DNA of 31,591 nt from a virus (Duplodnaviria; Caudoviricetes). Location of the stretch: positions 1-31,591 of IMG/VR virus record IMGVR_UViG_3300035666_001071. The stretch is one strand, 5' to 3'. The stretch's first letter is position 1; each line of letters begins with the position of its first letter. The notes under the pieces are model-generated. The model saw nothing but the letters and a program-made list of their open reading frames with translations. It was not told the origin of the DNA and ran no database searches. The translations under genes were made by a program, and so were the position numbers. Below are positions 10,134 through 18,700 of the stretch, piece after piece.

Positions 10134-11033
10134 ATGAGACTAGTAGTAACTGGTGGTAGAGGATTTATTGGTAGTCACTTTGTTGAGTTGGCACTCAAAA
10201 ATGGAGACACAATTATTGATTATGACTGTGTAACTTATTGCGCCAATCAAAGCCTCCCATTCGATAACAATCCGAATTATAAGCACATCAAACAAGATAT
10301 TTGTGAAGTCAAGCATTTACCGATGTGCGATTATGTTGTTAATTTTGCTGCGGAGACTCATGTTGACAACTCTATAAATGATACTGTTCCGTTCATCAAG
10401 AGCAATATCTTAGGAGTACACAATCTACTTGAGATAATCAGAGGTAAGTCTGAACACGAAAGACCTGTGTTTTTTCATATAAGTACAGATGAAGTCTATG
10501 GAGACACCGTGGGTTCGTCTTTCAAAGAAAACGATAGACTAATGCCAAGTAATCCTTACTCCGCATCAAAAGCATCCGCTGAGATGCTTGTCTTTAGTTA
10601 TTACAGAACATATGGAATAGATTATGTTATTACACGGAGTTCTAACAACTATGGACCAAGACAATATTATGAAAAACTAATTCCAAAGAGCCTCGATTGT
10701 ATTAATAATGGGAAGAAAATTCCTTTACATGGGGATGGTTCGTATGTTCGGGATTGGATTTATGTAACAGATAATGTAAAAGCAATATATTCATTGATAA
10801 AATCGAAGGTTAAAAATTCGACATTTAATATTGGTGCAGATAATCACATGACAAACCTTGATGTTGCTATTGATCTTCTTAGTTCCTTTGGTAAAACTAA
10901 AGAAGAAGGTATACAGTTTGTTCCTAATCGTTGGGGTCAGGATGTAAGATACTCACTCGATACTACCAAGATTAAATTAACAACTGGATGGGAACCTGAA
11001 TATAAGAAGGGAATACACAAGTGGTGGAATTGA
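10134..11033 (+). CDS. rmlB: dTDP-glucose 4,6-dehydratase
   Basis: TGGRGFIG, FAAETHVDNS, STDEVYG, NPYSASKA, NNYGPRQ..EKLIP, RDWIYV. Confidence 0.9.
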   Translation: MRLVVTGGRGFIGSHFVELALKNGDTIIDYDCVTYCANQSLPFDNNPNYKHIKQDICEVKHLPMCDYVVNFAAETHVDNSINDTVPFIKSNILGVHNLLEIIRGKSEHERPVFFHISTDEVYGDTVGSSFKENDRLMPSNPYSASKASAEMLVFSYYRTYGIDYVITRSSNNYGPRQYYEKLIPKSLDCINNGKKIPLHGDGSYVRDWIYVTDNVKAIYSLIKSKVKNSTFNIGADNHMTNLDVAIDLLSSFGKTKEEGIQFVPNRWGQDVRYSLDTTKIKLTTGWEPEYKKGIHKWWN

Positions 11034-11038
11034 ATATC

Positions 11039-12352
11039 ATGCAGCAGGACAAGCAGAAGATGATTTATGATCTTGTCACCGAGATCGTAAAATCAAGATC
11101 CGAGAATTGGGTTGCCGGTACTGATTGGGTTCAGTACTCTGGCTCTGTTTTGGACGAAAAAGAATATATTGCGGTAATAGATTGTTTGCTTGGCGGCTGG
11201 CTTGCTCTCGGAGAGAATGGGATTCGTTTTGAAAACAAGTTTCCTAAGCGTCTTGGAAAAGAACATGGATGTTTGACCAATAGTGGCTCTAGTGCAAATC
11301 TTCTCATGATTACTGCTCTGAGTTCCAAGAAATTGTGGGATCTGCCAAAGGGATCGAAGATAATTACTCCTGTTGCTGGATTTCCCACAACAATCAATCC
11401 AATCATTCAAAATGGATTCACACCAGTATTCATTGACATTGAATTGGATACTCTGAATCTAAACATTGAACAACTAGAAGCAGCAGCAAAAAATGGAGCA
11501 AGCGCACTGGTATTTGCCCATGTTTTGGGAAATCCTCCAAACATGGATGCTGTGATGGATATTGTTCATCGGTATAACCTTATTCTAGTAGAAGATTGTT
11601 GTGATGCTCTTGGAAGCACATACAAGGGACAAGCACTAGGTTCGTTTGGAGAAATGTCTACTTGTTCGTTCTATCCTGCCCACCATATAACAATGGGAGA
11701 GGGTGGTTTCATTGCAACCAAAACCAGAGAACAAGAAATGGTTCTCAAGAGTCTGCGAGAGTGGGGTCGTGGTTGCTATTGTTCCGGAAAGGCTGCTTCT
11801 TGCTTGAAAAATGGTATGTGCAAGAAGAGATTTAGTAATTGGTTGCCTTCTCTTCCAGATGAAGTCTTCGACCATAAGTATGTGTATGAGGAAATAGGAT
11901 ATAATTTGAAGCCTTTGGATTTACAGGCTGCTATGGGTCTTGTTCAACTGGAAAAGTTGGACAGTATTATTGAAACTAGAAAGCACAACTATCGAAGACT
12001 GCTTGAAATTTTCTCCAATTACGAAAGTAAGTTCATTCTTCCAAAAGCAACAGATGGGGCTGATCCTTCTTGGTTTGCCTTTCCAATCACGGTTAAGGCA
12101 GATGCTGGTTTCAAGAGAACAGAATTGACAATGTTCTTTGAGGACAACAAGATTCAGACTAGAAACTACTTTGGTGGAAACATTTTGTTGCAGCCGGGTT
12201 ATGCACATTTGGCAACAGGAGATCCAATTAAAGATTTCCCGAATGCAACCAATGCAACAATAAACACTTTCTTTTTGGGGACTAGTCCAAGAATCACAGA
12301 CCCGCAGATTGATTATATTGAAGAGACTCTCAACAAATTCATGAAAAGATGA
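11039..12352 (+). CDS. rfbH: NDP-4-keto-6-deoxyglucose 3-dehydratase (E1; RfbH/DdhC, PMP- and 2Fe-2S-dependent)
   Basis: NSGSSANL, EDCCDALG, SFYPAHHITMGEGG (His in place of the aminotransferase Lys), WGRGCYC...C, DHKY..EIGYNLK. Confidence 0.9.
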   Translation: MQQDKQKMIYDLVTEIVKSRSENWVAGTDWVQYSGSVLDEKEYIAVIDCLLGGWLALGENGIRFENKFPKRLGKEHGCLTNSGSSANLLMITALSSKKLWDLPKGSKIITPVAGFPTTINPIIQNGFTPVFIDIELDTLNLNIEQLEAAAKNGASALVFAHVLGNPPNMDAVMDIVHRYNLILVEDCCDALGSTYKGQALGSFGEMSTCSFYPAHHITMGEGGFIATKTREQEMVLKSLREWGRGCYCSGKAASCLKNGMCKKRFSNWLPSLPDEVFDHKYVYEEIGYNLKPLDLQAAMGLVQLEKLDSIIETRKHNYRRLLEIFSNYESKFILPKATDGADPSWFAFPITVKADAGFKRTELTMFFEDNKIQTRNYFGGNILLQPGYAHLATGDPIKDFPNATNATINTFFLGTSPRITDPQIDYIEETLNKFMKR

Positions 12353-12397
12353 TTAAAAATAGAGAAATGAATTTGTAATGAATTTAGTTAAAATGTG

Positions 12398-12425
12398 TTG
12401 ACTTTAGTGAATTTTTCTGTATAAT
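12398..12425 (+). promoter_or_regulatory. sigma70-type promoter for the helicase gene
   Basis: TTGACT (12398-12403), 16-nt spacer, TATAAT (12420-12425) in the intergenic gap. Confidence 0.75.
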
Positions 12426-12433
12426 AAAATCAA

Positions 12434-13849
12434 ATGCCAAACGATAAAATCGAACTCGTTATATTGCGTAATCTGCTTTATAATGACGAATACACTCGGC
12501 GTGTCCTTCCATTTCTCAGGAGTGACTATTTTCATGACCCATGTGATCGTAGACTCTTTCAGAGCATCGAATCATTTATTCAGAAATATTCTTCCTCTCC
12601 AACAACAGAAGCATTAAACATCATTCTATCTGAACAAGATGGTGTTTCTCAGGGTGAGTACGATAACTGCTCTAAACTTATCGACACTCTGATGGTTTCT
12701 AAGGATGTTACTAATGAAATAGATTGGCTTATAGATCAGACTGAGAAGTTCTGTAAGGACAAAGCGGTCTATAATGCTTTGATGGAGTCTATTCAATTAT
12801 TGGACGAGAAGAAGTCCAAGGGGAAATCACGAAATGCTATTCCTGAGATTCTAACTGAGGCACTCAGTGTATCTTTTGATGCTAGTATTGGTCACGACTT
12901 CGTAGAAGATGCTGATAAACGATTTGAGTTTTATCATAGAGTTGAGCAAAAGACTCCATTTGATCTTGAATTCCTCAACAAAATCACCAATGGTGGTGTC
13001 CCAAACAAAACTCTTAATGTCATATTGGCGGGAACGGGTGTGGGTAAGAGTCTATTCATGTGTCACCATGCGGCCAACTGCCTGACAATAAATAAGAATG
13101 TATTGTACATTACCTGTGAAATGGCAGAGGAGCGTATTGCAGAGCGCATTGATGCCAACCTGATGGATATTCCTGTGGATGAACTCAAGAAACTACCAAA
13201 AGATATTTATGACCGTAAGTTGTCCAAGGTCACTTCTGGTATGACGGGCAAGTTGATCATTAAAGAATATCCAACTGCTACAGCAAATGTAGATCATTTC
13301 CGTCACCTTTTAAACGAGTTGAAACTCAAGAAGAACTTTCTTCCCGATGTCTTGTTTATTGATTACTTGAACATTTGTGCTTCAAGTCGGTTCAAAGCGG
13401 GAGCAAATGTTAACTCATATACTTATATTAAAGCAATCGCAGAGGAATTACGGGGACTTGCGGTTGAATTCGGTTTCCCAATATTTACCGCAACACAAAC
13501 GAATAGATCGGGATTTTCGAATACTGATGTGGAACTAACTGATACATCGGAGTCATTCGGGCTACCAGCAACAGCAGATTTGATGTTTGCTATTATTGCA
13601 ACCGAGCAACTTGATGAGTCAGGCCAAATCATGGTTAAACAACTGAAGAACAGATATAATGATCCAACTCTTCACAGAAGATTCATTTTAGGTATTGACA
13701 GATCCAAGATGAAACTGTATGATGTACAAGAAGATGACCAAGTGTTGTTTGAGCAAATAGGAAAGGAAAAGGAATCTGTCGATGACGAGGAAGACATGAG
13801 TAAGTTCAAAATCAAGAAGCCCAGATCTTTGTCAGGTTGGGGAGAGTAA
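12434..13849 (+). CDS. 41: T4-like replicative DNA helicase gp41 (DnaB/SF4)
   Basis: AGTGVGKS Walker A, EMAEERIAERIDAN, IKEYPT, FIDYLNIC, ATQTNRSG, SESFGLPATAD, KQLKNRY. Confidence 0.95.
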   Translation: MPNDKIELVILRNLLYNDEYTRRVLPFLRSDYFHDPCDRRLFQSIESFIQKYSSSPTTEALNIILSEQDGVSQGEYDNCSKLIDTLMVSKDVTNEIDWLIDQTEKFCKDKAVYNALMESIQLLDEKKSKGKSRNAIPEILTEALSVSFDASIGHDFVEDADKRFEFYHRVEQKTPFDLEFLNKITNGGVPNKTLNVILAGTGVGKSLFMCHHAANCLTINKNVLYITCEMAEERIAERIDANLMDIPVDELKKLPKDIYDRKLSKVTSGMTGKLIIKEYPTATANVDHFRHLLNELKLKKNFLPDVLFIDYLNICASSRFKAGANVNSYTYIKAIAEELRGLAVEFGFPIFTATQTNRSGFSNTDVELTDTSESFGLPATADLMFAIIATEQLDESGQIMVKQLKNRYNDPTLHRRFILGIDRSKMKLYDVQEDDQVLFEQIGKEKESVDDEEDMSKFKIKKPRSLSGWGE

Positions 13850-13851
13850 AA

Positions 13852-14103
13852 ATGCCCTACAGAATTCATATTGATATTCCGATTGAATCAATTAGCGTTG
13901 ACGATGCTCAGATTGAAGCAAAGGACATTCTCGCAAAGTTAGGAATTCTGATTGCAGATAATCCTCAATTGATAGGATCTGACTTGGAAATCAATTACAG
14001 ACTTGGACACGATGATGATCGACAGCGTTCGAACTATCTTGACATGGATAAGATGGGTCATTGCACCCACAAGAAAAACCGTGTCAAATTCGCAAATGGA
14101 TAA
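13852..14103 (+). CDS. hypothetical protein
   Basis: GGAG SD at about 13841, ATG 13852; fills the gap after gp41. Confidence 0.6.
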   Translation: MPYRIHIDIPIESISVDDAQIEAKDILAKLGILIADNPQLIGSDLEINYRLGHDDDRQRSNYLDMDKMGHCTHKKNRVKFANG

Positions 14104-14350
14104 TGGAGAATGTCCATCTTGCCCTAAATGTGGCTGTGCAACAATTCGTTCACGGCAGGATCTTTCTTTCGAAATTAGTGGTGGAGAAATTAGAACAGAA
14201 CCCTTAGTTAGTGCCACAATTGTCATGAATGTTCCGATCTTTCAATGCATAAATCCTAGTTGTAGGAACGGAATGTATGGAGAAGAAGCAGAAAAAATCA
14301 TGGAGCCTATAAAGAAAGTATTGACAAAACACGCAGTAGTTAAAAGTTAA
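14096..14350 (+). CDS. zinc-ribbon protein resembling the YgiT/MqsA-type zinc finger
   Basis: CPKC ... VMNVPIFQCINPSC...MY.EE pattern; ATG 14096 overlaps the previous stop. Confidence 0.55.
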   Translation: MDNGECPSCPKCGCATIRSRQDLSFEISGGEIRTEPLVSATIVMNVPIFQCINPSCRNGMYGEEAEKIMEPIKKVLTKHAVVKS

Positions 14351-14355
14351 AATTT

Positions 14356-14426
14356 GTGCCGTGGGAGGTCAGCATCTCAGGTCGGCTTATACCCGAGCAA
14401 CACAAGGGCAGCACTTGTACGGCATA
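14356..14426 (+). tRNA. non-canonical tRNA-like gene, anticodon UAU (Ile, reads AUA)
   Basis: Hand-folded cloverleaf: acceptor GTGCCGT/ACGGCAT + A; D arm GAGG-TCAGCA-TCTC; anticodon arm TCGG-CTTATAC-CCGA; variable loop CAAC; T arm ACAAG-GGCAGCA-CTTGT. 71 nt, no encoded CCA. Confidence 0.75.
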
Positions 14427-14468
14427 TTAAGATAGTTTATTCCTCCACTTTGGAGAACAAAACAACAG

Positions 14469-14476
14469 AATAAATA
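14469..14476 (+). promoter_or_regulatory. T4-like late promoter (gp55-type)
   Basis: AATAAATA 25 nt upstream of ATG 14502; similar to the T4 consensus TATAAATA. Confidence 0.6.
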
Positions 14477-14501
14477 ATTGACTAACCCAAAGGAATAGGG
14501 A

Positions 14502-15716
14502 ATGCTGTCATTTGCACGATACAATCATGAGATAATCAAAGAAGAGACCGCTAGAAACAAGCATCTAGATCACATTGAAGATTTGATGATCCTTTATGGA
14601 CAAAAGGGATTAGACAACTCAATAGCATTCCTCAAGGATATAATCGAAAGCCTAAAAACTGGGAATACTAGTTTGGGAGTTTCCACCAAATGGGATGGGA
14701 AGCCTGCGATCATTTGCGGCGAAAACCCCGATAATGGTAAATTCTTCGTATCGACGAAGTCCGTTTTCGGTGCCAAAGAACAAAAAGCATATCATACGGA
14801 GGCCGAACTCAGAAAATCCGGCTTGCCGTCTGATTTGATTGATAAGATGGCAATGTGTTTGAAAATGCTCACTAAGGTTGGTATTGGCAAGAGAATTTTG
14901 CAAGGCGATTTGATGTTTACTGCTGATATGAAAAAGGCAGTAAATATCGATGGTAAGCCACATATAGCATTTCAACCAAACACAATCATGTACGCTGTAC
15001 CGAAGAATAGTGATATTGGATCGGCAATCTCTTCGGCAAAATTAGGAATTGCATTTCATACCGAATATAAGGGAGACAGTCTGAAGTCTATTCAGGCAGT
15101 ATCTTATAATTTCAATTCCAAGGTTTTAAAACAAACGAGTGATGTTTGGGTAACAGATCCAAACATCTACGATCTCTCTCCTGCCCTTATGAAGGGCGGC
15201 GAATCAGAGATGTCAATCAGGATGCTCAAGGAATGCGAAGCCCTAGCATCTAAAGTAAGACCGTTCCTCAAGACTCTAATTGCACAGAAAGAGATAGCAG
15301 AAAATTATTTGTTGCCTTATGTCAATAGTACAATCAATGGTGGAATGAGCAATTTTAATGCATCTAGTCTCAAACTAAACATCCAAGGTAAGTTTGAAAA
15401 GGACATAAATAAACTAAAAACTGACAAAGCCAAGCAAGCAAAAACTGAGTTGATGCAAAAGCAATTAGATTTCGTTGATGCATATTCAAAGCAGATTGAT
15501 CAAATGTTTGAACTTCATAATAAAATCGCCAATATCAAAGAAATTCTTTTGCGTAAACTGTATGCCATTTCAACACTAGGTCATTTCTTCATGGACGAAA
15601 ATGGAATTCGCCCGACAAATCCTGAAGGTATTGTCATCTATCGATCAGGATCGGTGATTAAACTAGTTAATCGTTTAGAATTTAGTAAACAAAACCGAAT
15701 GGTGAATCAGAGGTAA
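14502..15716 (+). CDS. conserved T4-like protein (DUF6267-like) with covalent nucleotidyltransferase (RNA/DNA ligase-type) motifs
   Basis: HLDHIED, KWDG (motif I, K63), FFVSTKS, QGDLMF, EGIVI (motif IV-like), KLVNRLEF (motif V-like). Confidence 0.7.
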   Translation: MLSFARYNHEIIKEETARNKHLDHIEDLMILYGQKGLDNSIAFLKDIIESLKTGNTSLGVSTKWDGKPAIICGENPDNGKFFVSTKSVFGAKEQKAYHTEAELRKSGLPSDLIDKMAMCLKMLTKVGIGKRILQGDLMFTADMKKAVNIDGKPHIAFQPNTIMYAVPKNSDIGSAISSAKLGIAFHTEYKGDSLKSIQAVSYNFNSKVLKQTSDVWVTDPNIYDLSPALMKGGESEMSIRMLKECEALASKVRPFLKTLIAQKEIAENYLLPYVNSTINGGMSNFNASSLKLNIQGKFEKDINKLKTDKAKQAKTELMQKQLDFVDAYSKQIDQMFELHNKIANIKEILLRKLYAISTLGHFFMDENGIRPTNPEGIVIYRSGSVIKLVNRLEFSKQNRMVNQR

Positions 15717-15717
15717 A

Positions 15718-18700
15718 ATGTTTAACTTCTCAGACCACAATACTCAGATTAATGAAGCAAAAAAAGATAGTGTAGTTTTTGCATTCGGTAGAATGAACCC
15801 ACCAACTATCGGTCATAAGGTAGTTGTGGATAAAGTTCTAAGTGAAGCCGCAGCAAAGGGAGCAGATCATTTTATCTTTGTGTCTAAAACTCAGGACACC
15901 AAAAAAAATCCACTCAGTCAAAAGTCAAAGATCGACTATCTGAAGAAGTTGTTTCCAAAAGTTAAGTTTCCATTGGGAAAATCGACAAATCCATTTGACA
16001 CAGTTTTATATCTTTGCGAACTAGGATACAAAAACATCTATGTGGTCACAGGAAGTGATCATGTTACAGAATATAACCGTATTAAAGAGTACAAGGGAAA
16101 AGTGGCAACAAACGACCCCAAAAAGAGGTCGTACTCATTCGATAATCTTGAGGTCATAGTTGCAGGCAAGGCAAGAGTTAAAGTTACTCTTGATATGATA
16201 GATGATATGCTAAAGAAGGGTCAAGATGTTGATCCTATGTACATGTCGGCATCTCTTATGCGTGAAGCGGCATTTAAGGATCGATTTGATATATTCTCAA
16301 TCGGCATTCCTGGAAATAAAACTCTTGCCAAGAGTTTGTGGAAAGATGTTCGTAAAGGGATGAGTTTGAAAGAAGATTTAGATCTTTTAGATGAGGCCAC
16401 TAAAAAAGAGGATGTGACAATTATAGCCCTCACTTCATCAGAAAAAGATCTGAGTGATACTATAGAAAAAACTGAAGCGATATGCAAAAGACGTAAGATA
16501 GAATTCTATCCCATAAAAACAAGCAAGGCACAGGTAGAAATATCAAATGTCTCTTCGAAGAAAATTACTATAAAGAACTACGATGGAGAGGGAAAAGATG
16601 TAACCATTGTTCCAGAGAACACAGTTGCAATCGTTCGTGGTGGTGTAATGAACACCGAAATTGGTGTAGCCATAATGACGATTCTACAGAACAACGGTGT
16701 GTTCATGGTAAACGAAAGAGCGGGTATGGAACTGTGCGCCAATAAGTTGGAAACAGCCATCGCACTCAAGAAACATGGTTTACCTCACCCACGCACGGCT
16801 TTCGTCGCAAATGAAGAGAATATCGAATCGGCTGTCAAGGAAGTCGGCGGTAAGTTTCCGATCATCTGTAAGACCCTTACAGGCGCAGAAGGAATCGGTG
16901 TGTCCAAAATTGAGAGTATGGAAAGTCTCAAGTCTGTGCTACAGACATTATGGAAGTATGGTGCAGAGATCATCATTCAAGAGTTTCTTCCTGAATTCAA
17001 GAATGATGTTCGTAGCATAGTACTCAATGGGAAGATATTTGCATGTGCCAAAAGAGACAAAGCACCTAAAGACTTCCGAACCAATATTGCCCGTGGCTCT
17101 AAGGGCGGATCACATCAATTGTCTGAAGAAGAGATTAAACTAGTTGAGCAAGCCGCACGGGTCAGTAAATGTTTCTATGTTGGTATAGACCATGTTATCA
17201 ATGATGGTAAGCCATACATCATTGAAATGAACGCAAGTCCAGGTAGTGGAAATATCTATTATCGTTACTATGAGGATGGCGAAGGTAAAGATAATGTTAA
17301 AGGTGAAGAACTTGTAGAAGACTTTGTTGAATATATTCTCAACAAGGCACATTGGAAACTATTTTCGAATCTTGCTGTTCGTGAGAATGTTAAGGTCGAT
17401 GGCAATGAATATACCGCAAAGATCGATACTGGAAATAGCGGTTACAATATGATTCATGCCGACAACATAAAAGACAATGGTGACCACACCGTTTCATTTA
17501 AGTTAGCAGACGGTAAGAAGATTACGAAGAAAATTGTCAGCAGAATCAAAGTTAAGAGTGGCATCGGGGAGAAAGAAAGAATTGTGGTTTTCATGGACAT
17601 TGAGTTCCATGGTAAGAGATATCCGAACATCAAATTCAGCCTTGGTGACAGAAACCATATGTCAACCAAGGTTCTTCTTGGACTGAGATTCCTTGAGAAG
17701 ACTGGTTATGTTGTTGATCCGGCAAACGCAATATATCCACAACCAGATGTCAAGAAAAAAACATCAGGTGAAGAGGAAGAAGAAGAGGAACTGTCTGAGA
17801 GTATCATTCCTAAAGGCAAAGCAAATATTGCGGGTGCCTTATTTAAATTGATGACCACCAAAAAAATGGTTGGGAAAATATTTGAACTGTCCAAACTGTG
17901 GAAATCCAACTCAGTTGAGTTCAAGAAAAAACTACAGGATCTTGAGACAGAAATAGTGATTGACTACAATAAGTCTTTAGAAACGGGAGCAAAAACTGCT
18001 TTTTTTGTAGATAGATTCAAGTTACAGAGTATCATTGATAAGATTTTGTATAAAATGCTTGATGTCGCTGGTGTAGATTTACAGACATATGTGGCTAAAT
18101 TGTCTTCAGTATTTGGATCTCAATTAACCATGGGATATTCAATCGACGGAGAATCAATACAAGAAGCCGATATTACTAAGGGGAAAAAATTCTACACGAA
18201 GAGTGGAAAGATTAAGGCATCCCCAAAAGATAAAAAGACTGGATTGCCAAAGAAGTATGTCTCTGGATTATCGAAGCGAGAGGCTGAACTTCGAAAGAAG
18301 AGACTTGCAAAGCGTAAGGATATGTCAGATGACGATCCGAAGACTTGGGAGTTTGTTAATCCTAGAGAAAAGAATATCAAGACTAAACCTTCGAAATATA
18401 CGACTGCTTTCAAGAAACTTGCCAAAAAAGGTAAACTGAAAACAATTAAGAACGACTATGAAGTCAATGAAGCAATCGCAGCAATAGAATCATTTGAAGA
18501 ATTAGATTACAGAACTCGTATGGATAAAGCCATATCACTTGAACAGAAATCCCTTGAGAGGGGATTAAAGGATGCGGCATTGGTTTACAGGTCTTTCATA
18601 GAATACGAGAAGAAAAAACAGTATGGAAACTATGAAATACAAACAAGTGTACAAGAAGATATCGAATATCTTTTGTATGAGGTAAGTCCACCATCTGGTC

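Noticed and set aside
139-12352. Bacterial chromosomal O-antigen locus flanking a prophage
   Set aside because: No wzx/wzy, ABC transporter, integrase or att-like junction; strand, density and composition are continuous with the T4-like genes.
14321-14353. sigma70 promoter for the tRNA (TTGACA at 14321)
   Set aside because: The nearest -10-like hexamer (TAAAAT, 14348) is 21 nt away, outside normal spacing.
14356-14470. Permuted tmRNA (GGCAGCA T-loop with AACAGAA nearby)
   Set aside because: The element has a complete anticodon arm and no G3-U70 pair, and the ~150-nt gap leaves no room for a tag frame and pseudoknots.
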